From positions 42,101 to 106,100 of the forward strand of contig DBQI01000057.1 in assembly GCA_002305165.1 (NCBI GenBank): a stretch of 64,000 nt of DNA, read 5' to 3'. The notes below the pieces were generated by a model. That model had not been told where the DNA came from and did no database searches. It saw only the letters and a program-made list of their open reading frames with translations. Position numbers and translations under genes: made by a program. Shown here one piece after another: positions 1 to 8,676 of the stretch (position 1 is the stretch's first letter; every line of letters begins with the position of its first letter). Origin of the DNA: Armatimonadetes bacterium UBA1398 (GTDB lineage Bacteria; Armatimonadota; Zipacnadia; UBA1398).

Positions 1-27
1 ATCCTCGTTCTCGCCGTCGGAAGGGCG

Positions 28-990
28 ATGCTCGAGTTCGTCGATCCGCCCGACCCCTCGCCCCATGCTGCGCGCGTGGCGGCTCGCGATGGATCGGCAT
101 CGCCTGTCCTGATCGCCAAGATAGGCATCGGCATTGCCATGGCGGCCATGGCATACCTGTTCTGTCGAACCGAGTACTTCCGTGGGCTGGAGCTGGGCCC
201 GAAGGTCGCATGGGCTGTGCTGGGCGTGCTGATCATCCGCGGTTGGCTTTGGCTCGAGAACCGCCGCGCGGCCGTCGATGGGGCTGCCACTGTGGCCAGT
301 GGCGCTGATGAGGACCGCATCAGCCCCTGGGTGGGCTTCGCCGAGTTGCTCGACTCCGCTCTCGTGGCTCTTGCCCTCGTGTTCTTCATCATCAAGCCCT
401 TCGTGCTCCAGGCCTTCTTCATCCCATCAGGCTCCATGAAAGACACCCTGCTCCTGGGTGACCGCCTCGTGGTCAGCCGGTTCGCCTACCGCTTTGGTGA
501 ACCTCAGAGGGGGGACGTTGTCGTGTTCAAAGCCCCCCCTCAGGCCGATGAGAACCAGACGGAGTTCATCAAGCGCCTCATCGGACTGCCCGGTGATCGG
601 ATCAAGGTCGAGAAGGGAACCCTGTTCGTGAATGGGCTTCCCGTGGAGGAGCCGTATATCCGTGAGCGGCCAAGAGATCGGACTCCCTCTCGGCCGGAGC
701 CGGGCGCGCTCCACACCCGCAGGGACTACCTTGGGTTCGATTGGTACCTCGAGGATGACCAGGTGGTGGTTCCCGAGGGCCACTACTTCATGATGGGTGA
801 CAATCGGAACCAGAGTCGGGACGGGCGAACCTGGGGGTACGTCCCCCGAGAAGCCCTCGTTGGCCGGGCCATCCTCATCTTCTGGCCTCCGCAGCGCGTC
901 CGCGGCATCTGGTGGCCCGATGGGGTCGCGGGCACAGAGGCTCATGTCTCACAGGGAGGGGCGGAGGAGACACGCTCTGGGGCCTTGTAG
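28..990 (+). CDS. lepB: Signal peptidase I
   Basis: N-terminal TM segments; catalytic Ser box (IPSGSM), Lys box (FIKRLIGLPGD) and MGDNRNQSRDGR box. Confidence 0.93.
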   Translation: MLEFVDPPDPSPHAARVAARDGSASPVLIAKIGIGIAMAAMAYLFCRTEYFRGLELGPKVAWAVLGVLIIRGWLWLENRRAAVDGAATVASGADEDRISPWVGFAELLDSALVALALVFFIIKPFVLQAFFIPSGSMKDTLLLGDRLVVSRFAYRFGEPQRGDVVVFKAPPQADENQTEFIKRLIGLPGDRIKVEKGTLFVNGLPVEEPYIRERPRDRTPSRPEPGALHTRRDYLGFDWYLEDDQVVVPEGHYFMMGDNRNQSRDGRTWGYVPREALVGRAILIFWPPQRVRGIWWPDGVAGTEAHVSQGGAEETRSGAL

Positions 991-1646
991 CCATCTTGGT
1001 AGTATCTGGCCTGGCCTTCCGGCGCCTGGGCGCGTGGCGGCCGGGTTGCTACAGCGCTTCGCGTCTTCTGCTTACCCTAGCCGTAGCCCTAGCTCTCGTC
1101 TTGGGCCTGGTACGCCCCTTCCTCCTGGGTGTCTACGCTGTGCCAAGCGCGTCCATGTCCCCGGCACTGCGTGTTGGCGACCGAGTGCTGGTCAGCCCCA
1201 TCCCCTACCGCTTCCGTGCTCCAGAGGTCGGTGAGGTCGCCGTGTTCCGCACTCTCGGAGCTCCCCAGGGCTGGGGCATTCCGCGCACCAAGCGGGTCGT
1301 AGCGGGCCCTGGGGAAGCGATCCGGATTCAGGCGGAGGAGGGCACCGAGCGGTATCTGCTCTACATCGACGGGCACCCCATCCGGGAGCCCTATGTCCAC
1401 GGCGTGATGGCTTACGGACTGGGGGCCCACGGGGAGGTGCCACCAGGCTTCGAACTGGCCCGTGACGGGCTCAGGATCCCTCACGACTGCTACCTGCTCC
1501 TAGGCGATAACCGCAACGTCAGCGTGGATTCGCATGTTTTCGGGCCGGTACCGCGCGCAGCGCTCCAGGCGAAGGTTCTTGCAGTCTACTGGCCCCCACA
1601 ACGCGCGGGGCTCGTACGCGACGCCGAGCGGGAGTTGGCGCCATGA
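912..1646 (+). CDS. lepB: Signal peptidase I, second copy (start uncertain)
   Basis: [16 protein letters not shown] and [11 protein letters not shown] motifs; the only in-frame start is a GTG at 912 with no clear RBS. Confidence 0.85.
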   Translation: MARWGRGHRGSCLTGRGGGDTLWGLVAILVVSGLAFRRLGAWRPGCYSASRLLLTLAVALALVLGLVRPFLLGVYAVPSASMSPALRVGDRVLVSPIPYRFRAPEVGEVAVFRTLGAPQGWGIPRTKRVVAGPGEAIRIQAEEGTERYLLYIDGHPIREPYVHGVMAYGLGAHGEVPPGFELARDGLRIPHDCYLLLGDNRNVSVDSHVFGPVPRAALQAKVLAVYWPPQRAGLVRDAERELAP

Positions 1647-2251
1647 GGCTGGTCGCCGGGGTTGACGAAGCGGGGAGGGGGCCTGGCGCGGGCCCCGTGG
1701 TGGCGGCGGCCGTCATCCTCGGAGCGGCTCGGATCGAGGGTCTCGCCGACTCCAAGCTGCTGTCCGCGCGCCGACGCGAGGCGCTTGCGGACGAGATCCG
1801 CGCCGCGGCCGTCACTTGGGCCATTGGCGAGGCGAGCGTGGGCGAGATCGACGAGATGAACATACTGCGAGCCACCCTGCTCGCTATGCGTCGGGCTATC
1901 GAGGGGTTGTCTCCCCCGCCCTCTCTGTGCCTCATCGACGGCGCCACGCCTGTCCGGGGGCTACGCGTTCCTCAGCAGCCCCTTGTCGGTGGCGACCGCC
2001 TCTGCTCGGAGATATCGGCCGCGTCGATCCTGGCGAAGACGCACCGCGACGCCCTGATGGTCGCGCTGGATGCCACGTACCCGGGCTACGGGTTCGCGGA
2101 GCATAAGGGCTATCTCACTCCCCAGCACCTGGCTGCACTCGCTCAGCTGGGTCCGTGCCCTATTCACCGACGCAGCTTCGGCCCCGTCCGTGCCGCTCTA
2201 TCCCGTCCGGAGGACGTCCAGCGCTTCATTGAAGAGAACCTAGGCTCCTGA
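1643..2251 (+). CDS. rnhB: Ribonuclease HII
   Basis: [26 protein letters not shown] and IHRRSF motifs; ATGA overlap with the upstream gene. Confidence 0.96.
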   Translation: MRLVAGVDEAGRGPGAGPVVAAAVILGAARIEGLADSKLLSARRREALADEIRAAAVTWAIGEASVGEIDEMNILRATLLAMRRAIEGLSPPPSLCLIDGATPVRGLRVPQQPLVGGDRLCSEISAASILAKTHRDALMVALDATYPGYGFAEHKGYLTPQHLAALAQLGPCPIHRRSFGPVRAALSRPEDVQRFIEENLGS

Positions 2252-3286
2252 TGCCTCCGGCTCCGCGGGCTCCTGGGCCTCGGCCTCTCGTAGCGGGAGC
2301 GAGCCCTCAAGAGGCCCGAAGGGCAGTGCCAGCAGATACACCGGCGCGTCACGCCGGATCGCCTCGCCGCTAGCCAGGATGTCCGAGCGAGGCGTATCGG
2401 GCCCCATCGAGAACGTCTTGGCGATGCGAGGCTCTCCCAGCAGGTTCTGATTGGTGATCTCCAGCGCGGCGGTGGCTCCAGGCGTGGCACCGAGGGCGAA
2501 TCGGACCGTCTCGGAGGCCGAGGTTACGACGGCATCGAGCTCCACGACCCAGTCCGGTGAGGTGGTGTCTGGCGCGGTGGAGATGAGGACGGTTCGTGTG
2601 GAGGTGTCCCATGTCACCGATCCGAGCGTCTTCCCGGCAATCACCTTGTAGCCCCGGACGCTCATGTCAGCATCTTCCGGGGCGCCGAGGAGCCGCAGCG
2701 CGACCTCGGGCGAGTTGGACGATAGCTTGATGGTGAGATGGGACCCGACGACAAAGGTCGGCGCTACCAGCTCCTGATCGACCGGCAGTCGCGAGAGGAA
2801 CTCCCTGGCAAGGAATACGCCGGCTTCCACAGGGTCGGGCATGAGGGTTAGGGACCGCTGCATCGCCCACTGGTAACGCTTGTCCTGGAGGAAGACCATC
2901 TGTCCCTCGACCAGGATGTCCTCATTCCTCTGGGTGATCATCCCCACCACCGCGCGGTCCGCCTCGAGCTCCTCGGCAATCCGAGCCGCCTCCCGGTAGG
3001 GGATGGGTCGGTGGGGGTTGTAGCCGTTTCGGCGGATGGCGCGGTCCACCCTCAGCGGGTCGACCACGTCAACCTGGGGATGAAGCGCCATAGTCTGCGC
3101 GATGATGTCCCGCAGACCCGCCTCAAGCGTGCCGAGGGATTCATCGTAGGTCTGGTTGGCGAAGAGGAACACCGCGACCGTGTAGCGCAGCTCGGAGGAA
3201 GCGTCGGAGGCTGTGCCATCCTGCGCGAGAGCGCCCGGCGCGACGACCAAGAGGAGCAGCATGCCGCACAGTGATAGCCTCACCAC
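2240..3286 (-). CDS. Secreted hypothetical protein with a CsgG/TolB-N-like domain
   Basis: Signal peptide ending PGALA; TVAVFLFAN...[16 protein letters not shown] pattern; [12 protein letters not shown] resembles the copper-amine-oxidase N-terminal motif. Confidence 0.6.
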   Translation of the reverse strand: MVRLSLCGMLLLLVVAPGALAQDGTASDASSELRYTVAVFLFANQTYDESLGTLEAGLRDIIAQTMALHPQVDVVDPLRVDRAIRRNGYNPHRPIPYREAARIAEELEADRAVVGMITQRNEDILVEGQMVFLQDKRYQWAMQRSLTLMPDPVEAGVFLAREFLSRLPVDQELVAPTFVVGSHLTIKLSSNSPEVALRLLGAPEDADMSVRGYKVIAGKTLGSVTWDTSTRTVLISTAPDTTSPDWVVELDAVVTSASETVRFALGATPGATAALEITNQNLLGEPRIAKTFSMGPDTPRSDILASGEAIRRDAPVYLLALPFGPLEGSLPLREAEAQEPAEPEASGA

Positions 3287-3306
3287 GGGACCAGCCTCCT
3301 CCGGCG

Positions 3307-4386
3307 CTAGCGGCCTCGGATCTCTTCCACGGCCTTCGCGTCGAGCCGCCTAGCCAGCGCCAGGCACAGCCTGAGCGCCGCCTGGTAGTCCGAGGACGCG
3401 ATAAGCCCATTGTGGGTGTGGATGTACCTGCAGGGGACCGCCAGCAGCAGGTATGGCACGCCCGTCTTATAGCGGCTGATCTGGGCGCCATCCGATCCGC
3501 CCGACTCGTAGAAGGAGTCCTGGAACGGGATCCCCTCCTCGGTGGCGACCCGCCGCGCGAAGGCCCGGAAAGTCGGCGACGGGATGGCCCCGGACTCGAT
3601 GAAGACGATCGAGACCCCCTGGCCGCACTTCTCGGTGGCCTCCTTGGTGTCCACACCCGGCACACCGCCCGTGATCCCCACTTCCAGCACGATGGCTAGA
3701 TCGGGGTCGCAGATCCAAGCGGCAGCCTGGGCGCCGATCAGCCCCTTCTCCTCACCCGTCGTCCCCGCGGCGATGAGGGTGTTTGGGTGGTCCGGCCCTA
3801 CGCGCAACAGGGTCTCAGTGGCCAGGGCGACACCCACGCGGTCGTCCCAGGCCTTGCCGAGGAGGAACTGTCCCCCATTCAACTCCTCGAAGCTCGCCAC
3901 CGGCGTTATCTGATCCCCTGGGGTGATCCCCAGGTTCTCCATGGCGTCCTCCTTGGAGCAGGCGCCAACATCGAGGAACATGTCGCGGATCCTAACCATC
4001 TCTCCACGCTTGTCGGGCGGCGTCAGATGGGGCGGCTTGGCGCCCACGACCCCAAGCACCGGACCCTTGCTGCCGTGCACGAGGAGGCGCTGGGTGAGCA
4101 GCGCCTGGTCGATCCAGCCGCCTGAGGGGATCATGTAGAGGAAGCCATCGTCCGTGATGGACTTGACGATGAACCCGATCTCGTCCATGTGGCCGGCGTA
4201 GAGGATCCGAGGCCGGTCGGAACCGCCTCGCTTCATGAAGGTCACGCCCCCGTGGCCGTCCATGGTCGGCTCGGCAACACCGGATAGCGCCGCCGTCATC
4301 GCTCGGCGGACCTCGTCCTCATGGCCCGGTATGCCATTCGCCTCGGACAGGGTCTTCAGGAGCGCCTTGCTTTGATCATCGATCAC
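3307..4386 (-). CDS. M42 family aminopeptidase
   Basis: GHMDEIG, KAWDDRVG, GEEKGLIGA, GGSDG and RYIHT motifs. Confidence 0.93.
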   Translation of the reverse strand: MIDDQSKALLKTLSEANGIPGHEDEVRRAMTAALSGVAEPTMDGHGGVTFMKRGGSDRPRILYAGHMDEIGFIVKSITDDGFLYMIPSGGWIDQALLTQRLLVHGSKGPVLGVVGAKPPHLTPPDKRGEMVRIRDMFLDVGACSKEDAMENLGITPGDQITPVASFEELNGGQFLLGKAWDDRVGVALATETLLRVGPDHPNTLIAAGTTGEEKGLIGAQAAAWICDPDLAIVLEVGITGGVPGVDTKEATEKCGQGVSIVFIESGAIPSPTFRAFARRVATEEGIPFQDSFYESGGSDGAQISRYKTGVPYLLLAVPCRYIHTHNGLIASSDYQAALRLCLALARRLDAKAVEEIRGR

Positions 4387-4402
4387 GTGACTCGCCCTCC
4401 AT

Positions 4403-4424
4403 TACTATCCGTCTACTATCCGTC
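4403..4424. repeat. Perfect 11-bp tandem repeat (TACTATCCGTC x2) just upstream of the M42 RBS
   Basis: Read directly from the sequence. Confidence 0.85.
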
Positions 4425-4431
4425 CGACCCA

Positions 4432-5718
4432 TCAGCCGCTCAGATCCAGGAAGACGCAGCCACTGAGCAGCTTCGGGTAGAAGTACGTGGTCTTCTGGGG
4501 CATGCGCTGGCCGGCCGCGCAGACCGCGGCCAGTTCCGCCCCTCCCGGCGAGCGAACGAGGACCGCCAAGTCCGCTTCGCCCTGACGGACCTCCCGCAGC
4601 GCCTCCGCCGCGTCTCGCGTATGACCTACTCCGCCCGCGACGTCGATGCCTGAGGCTCCTATCCCGAGCGCCGTCAGTATCGCCCGATGCAGGATCGTCA
4701 GTTCATCGGCACGGAGCGCCGGATGGACCCCTACGAGCAGACGCTCGAGCCTTGAGGGATCTTCAACCGAGACCCGGTGCAACCCGCCTCGCGTCGCGAA
4801 GACGTAGGTGGGCAGCTTCGCCGGAGCGGACTCGACAACCTGGATTGCCGCGGCGGCATCGAGGTCTGGGAGCGGTTGGATGCGGGCTAGGTCCGCCAGA
4901 GGAGCCAGGTCCGGAGCGCCGCCCAGCCCACGGAATAGGCGGTGAGTGCCGTATGCCCGCAGTCCCGGATCGTCCGACGGCGTGAGGCAGAACATGGTCC
5001 GTGAGCCGTCCGCCTTGCCGCCAAGCCGCCCTTTGGCGCGTGCGTGCTCCAGGGCCGCCGTGTACCGGTGGTGACCATCGGCGATGATGACAGTCCTTGC
5101 AGCCAAGGCGGCGCAGAAACCCTCGATGGCCTCGGCGTCGGTTACACGTCGGACTCTGTGGACACATCCGTCGCCATCCGCTGTTTCGATGAACGCTTCA
5201 TCAGCCTTCGCAGTGAGGGCCGCGGTAGCCGCTCCCCCGGGGTCCTCGTGGAGGCCGAAGATGGGGGAGAAGACCGCGTCCGCGGCCCGCATGAGGTTGA
5301 TGCGGTCGGAGAGCGGGCCTTGGAAGATCTCCTCATGAGGCAGGACGACGCCCGCCTCGAAGGGCTCGAGCTTCAGGGCGCCGATGACGCCGGTTCGAGT
5401 CGTCCGCTCGTCAGTGATCAGGTCACTGAACTCAATGTCGTAGACGTACAGAGAGGGCTGCTCATCGCGCACCAGGACACCGTCGCGCCTCCACGCATCC
5501 CAGGTCTCAGCGGCTCGCTGGTAGTCCCCGGGACCGAAGGAGGCTCCGGGGGCGGGCTTGCCGAGGATGAGGTGGATCACATGGTGCGGCGAAGCCTTGG
5601 CAAGCTCCCTGGCGCGTCCGTGGCTGATGACGTCGTACGGGGGGGCCAGCACCTCGCTCGGGGGCCCAATGCGGCTGAAATCGTACTTCCAAGCTCGGAA
5701 TGGCGCCATATCGGCCAT
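4432..5718 (-). CDS. DUF1015 family protein
   Basis: APPYDVIS, LPHE, IADGHHRY and MPQKTTYFYPKLLSG motifs. Confidence 0.92.
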   Translation of the reverse strand: MADMAPFRAWKYDFSRIGPPSEVLAPPYDVISHGRARELAKASPHHVIHLILGKPAPGASFGPGDYQRAAETWDAWRRDGVLVRDEQPSLYVYDIEFSDLITDERTTRTGVIGALKLEPFEAGVVLPHEEIFQGPLSDRINLMRAADAVFSPIFGLHEDPGGAATAALTAKADEAFIETADGDGCVHRVRRVTDAEAIEGFCAALAARTVIIADGHHRYTAALEHARAKGRLGGKADGSRTMFCLTPSDDPGLRAYGTHRLFRGLGGAPDLAPLADLARIQPLPDLDAAAAIQVVESAPAKLPTYVFATRGGLHRVSVEDPSRLERLLVGVHPALRADELTILHRAILTALGIGASGIDVAGGVGHTRDAAEALREVRQGEADLAVLVRSPGGAELAAVCAAGQRMPQKTTYFYPKLLSGCVFLDLSG

Positions 5719-5759
5719 AAACGGGATCTCTCCGTCTACTCGTGCCTACGGGTTGGCGG

Positions 5760-7382
5760 CTAGCCGGCCTCCTCCTGGGTGGCCGGCGGCAACTCCACGG
5801 CGTGGATCGCTCGCAGCAGACCCAGCCCTTCAAGATCGCTCCGGGCCCCATCGGGCAGACTCTTGTCAAGGTTGAGGACCATCATCTGGATCCCCTCTGA
5901 TGGGCTGCTCCCGACATGCATCTGGCAGATGTTGATGTTGTGGGCGCCAAGGACTTGCCCCACCTGCCCGATCACGCCCGGCTGATCACTGGAGATCACC
6001 ATCAGGAGCGTCCCCTCAGGACGAACATCCAACCGGAACTGGTCGATGCGGACGATGCGCGGCTCCGAGCGGCCTCTAAGGGCCCCCTCCAGTTCGGATA
6101 CGCTCTCATCACAGATAATCTCGGCCTTGATGTGGCTATGGTAGATGGGGTGCTCCGCGTGCTTCACCTCGGCCACGTCGACACCGCGCTCCGCAGCGAA
6201 CATGGGAGCGTTGACCTCGTTGAGGTGCGGCCCCATAACTCGTCGCAGCAGGCCAACCAGAAGATGGCGGGTTGCGAGCGAGCAGTCGTGGGAGGCGATG
6301 GCCCCGGAGTAGGTCACCCGGACGGTCCTCAAGCCCCTCTGGGCGAGGTGGGAGGCCATGAGGCCGATGCGCTCGGCAAGGTTCAGCCACGGCCGGAGCT
6401 GGAGAAGCGTCTCGGGCTCGACGAAGGGCAGGTTCACGGCGCTGCGCGGCGGCAGACCCTTCAGCACATCCACGATCTGCTCGGCCACGTCGACGGCCGC
6501 GCCAATCTGCGCCTCGGTGGTGGATGCCCCGAGATGCGGCGTCAGCACGGTGCGAGGAGCTGTGATGAGGGGGCTATCCCACGGCTCGGGCTCGCCCTCG
6601 TAGACATCTACGGCGGCGCCGGCGACCCGCCCCTCCGCCAGGGCCGCGGCGAGGGCGGCTTCATCGATGATGCCTCCGCGCGAGGAGTTGATGATGCGGC
6701 AGCCGGGCTTCACGAGACTCAGTTCCCTGGTCCCGATCATGCCGCGCGTCGTGTCGGTAAGAGGCACGTGGATGGTGATGTAATCAGAGTCCGTAAGGAT
6801 CTGCTCCAGGGTCACTGGCTCCGTGTGGAGTTGCACGCAGCGTTCTTGGCTCAGGGCCAGATCGTAGGCGAGTAGTTTCATGCCGAGACCGCGGGCCATG
6901 ATGGCCACCTGGGTGCCGACCTTCCCAAGCCCGATCAGGCCCAGCGTCTTGCCACGGACCTCGTTGCCCAGCAGGTCGTTACGCTTCCACTCCTGCCGGC
7001 GCATACGCGCATCGCCTTCTGGCACGCTTCGGGTGAGCGCCAGCATCAGAGCGACGGCGTGCTCGGCGGCGGCACGAGTGTTGCCCTCGGGCGAGTTCAC
7101 GACGACGACACCGCGCTCGGAGGCGACGCGAACATCAATGTTGTCGACGCCGACGCCCGCCCTACCGATGATCTTCAGGTGCTCGGCCGCCCTGATCACG
7201 TCCGCCGTGATCTTCGTAGCCGATCGCACCACGATGGCGTCCACACCCGAACATGCCGCGATGAGGTCGTCTCCCTTGAGGCCGGTCTTCACCTCGACCT
7301 CGCCGGCCTCGCGGAGCTTCTCCACCCCCTCCGGCGCGATGCTGTCGCAGACGAGGATCTTGGGGCTCTTGGTGGCTTCCAT
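5760..7382 (-). CDS. serA: D-3-phosphoglycerate dehydrogenase with ASB and ACT domains
   Basis: GRAGVGVDNID, GLGKVG, TPHLGAST and the ACT motif DQPGVIG; start moved to the ATG at 7382, which follows a GGAG RBS. Confidence 0.95.
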   Translation of the reverse strand: MEATKSPKILVCDSIAPEGVEKLREAGEVEVKTGLKGDDLIAACSGVDAIVVRSATKITADVIRAAEHLKIIGRAGVGVDNIDVRVASERGVVVVNSPEGNTRAAAEHAVALMLALTRSVPEGDARMRRQEWKRNDLLGNEVRGKTLGLIGLGKVGTQVAIMARGLGMKLLAYDLALSQERCVQLHTEPVTLEQILTDSDYITIHVPLTDTTRGMIGTRELSLVKPGCRIINSSRGGIIDEAALAAALAEGRVAGAAVDVYEGEPEPWDSPLITAPRTVLTPHLGASTTEAQIGAAVDVAEQIVDVLKGLPPRSAVNLPFVEPETLLQLRPWLNLAERIGLMASHLAQRGLRTVRVTYSGAIASHDCSLATRHLLVGLLRRVMGPHLNEVNAPMFAAERGVDVAEVKHAEHPIYHSHIKAEIICDESVSELEGALRGRSEPRIVRIDQFRLDVRPEGTLLMVISSDQPGVIGQVGQVLGAHNINICQMHVGSSPSEGIQMMVLNLDKSLPDGARSDLEGLGLLRAIHAVELPPATQEEAG

Positions 7383-7408
7383 CAGTCGAGTCTCCGTCTC
7401 CTGGTTCG

Positions 7409-8566
7409 TCAGCCCTGGTGTCCCTCGAAGTAGGCCTGCGCGGCCGCGACCCCCGCGCCAGGCTCGAACCCACCGTGCCCGTGGGCGCGCAGAGTGATCT
7501 CTAGGCAGGCCAGAGCGCCGAGGATCTGATAGGGCTCGATGACCCCCAGGTGCGCGATGCGGAAGATCCGGCCCTGGAGGCTCTTCTGGCCGCCCGCCAG
7601 ATGGATCCCGAACCGTTTGCCCAGGTCCTTGCGCATGGCGTCCGGCTCGATGCCCTCGGGTGGCAGAACGGCCGTTACCGAGTCGCTCGCCACCCTCTCG
7701 TCGGGGAAGAGCCGGAGGTTCATGGCCTTGACGGCCGCGCGCACCGCGCTGGCCCGGTTGTGGTGCGCCGCGATGCAGGCCTCGAGCCCATCCGTGAGGA
7801 GGAGATCGAGGGCCACATCCAGGGCACGGACCAGGGTGGTGGCGCCGGTGTAGGCCGTGGTCCACTTGCCGAGTGACTTACGCATCGCGGGCAGATCGAA
7901 GTAGAAGGTCGGGCACGTCGCCGTCTCCGTGGCCTTCCATGCCCTCTCTGACATGCCGACGAACGCCAGGCCAGGCGGGATGGCGAAGGCCTTCTGGGAG
8001 CCTCCGACTACGATGTCGGCTCCCCAAGCATCCATGGGTAGCTCAGACGCCATCAGCCCAGAGATCGCGTCGATGATGCTCAGAGCCCCGTGCTTGTTCG
8101 CTACCTCGAGGATGGCCTTCGTGGGATTCGTGACTCCCGTGGAGGTCTCGTTGTGGGTGAAGGCGATACTCTTGGCGCCGGAGGACGCGAGGGCCTCGTC
8201 GACAGCTACGGGATCTGCGGCCGTGCCCCACTCGAACCCCAGTGTAGTGACGTCCAGACCGTACCGCTCCGAGATCTCGGCCCACCGTTGGCCGAACGCC
8301 CCTATCTCAACGACGAGGATCTTGTCGCCCGGGGAGTGCACGTTGGCGATGGCGGCCTCCATGCCCCCCGTCCCTGAGGCCGTCAGAGTGATGACGTCTC
8401 CGTCAGTCCCGAAGACCTCCCTGAGGCGCACCGTAACAGATTCGAGGTTCTTTGAGAACTGAGGCGTTCGGTGGCCGTAAGCAGGCTCGCTGAGCGCCCT
8501 CAGGACGGCAGGAGGCATGGGAGTGGGTCCCGGAATCAGGAGCAGGTCGTTCTCGTAACGGCTCAT
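7409..8566 (-). CDS. Class V PLP aminotransferase (alanine-glyoxylate/serine-pyruvate type; probable phosphoserine aminotransferase)
   Basis: LLIPGPTP, HNETSTG, DAIS, GSQKAF (PLP lysine) and FRIAHLG motifs; directly upstream of serA. Confidence 0.9.
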   Translation of the reverse strand: MSRYENDLLLIPGPTPMPPAVLRALSEPAYGHRTPQFSKNLESVTVRLREVFGTDGDVITLTASGTGGMEAAIANVHSPGDKILVVEIGAFGQRWAEISERYGLDVTTLGFEWGTAADPVAVDEALASSGAKSIAFTHNETSTGVTNPTKAILEVANKHGALSIIDAISGLMASELPMDAWGADIVVGGSQKAFAIPPGLAFVGMSERAWKATETATCPTFYFDLPAMRKSLGKWTTAYTGATTLVRALDVALDLLLTDGLEACIAAHHNRASAVRAAVKAMNLRLFPDERVASDSVTAVLPPEGIEPDAMRKDLGKRFGIHLAGGQKSLQGRIFRIAHLGVIEPYQILGALACLEITLRAHGHGGFEPGAGVAAAQAYFEGHQG

Positions 8567-8635
8567 GTGACGATCCCCCTGGTTCGAGTGGCGGCCTTGC
8601 CGTATTGGACGTCGGCCCGCGTGGGTAGATGGAAG

Positions 8636-8664
8636 AGTATACGTGTTGGCGGGCAGGACGCCAA
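8636..8664 (-). promoter_or_regulatory. Sigma70-like promoter of the serine operon
   Basis: TTGGCG-N17-TATACT on the minus strand, about 70 nt upstream of the ATG at 8566. Confidence 0.55.
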
Positions 8665-8676
8665 CGTAGCCGCCCG

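Noticed and set aside
7383-7865. N-terminal extension of SerA in the ORF track (likewise for mqnC, ubiX, greA, dut, the aldolase, the GH99-like protein and the permease)
   Set aside because: The extensions overlap neighbouring real genes, and better downstream starts match the conserved N-termini.
8567-8635. Glycine or ZTP riboswitch in the serine operon leader
   Set aside because: The leader is short and I could not match any consensus; an Rfam scan would settle it.
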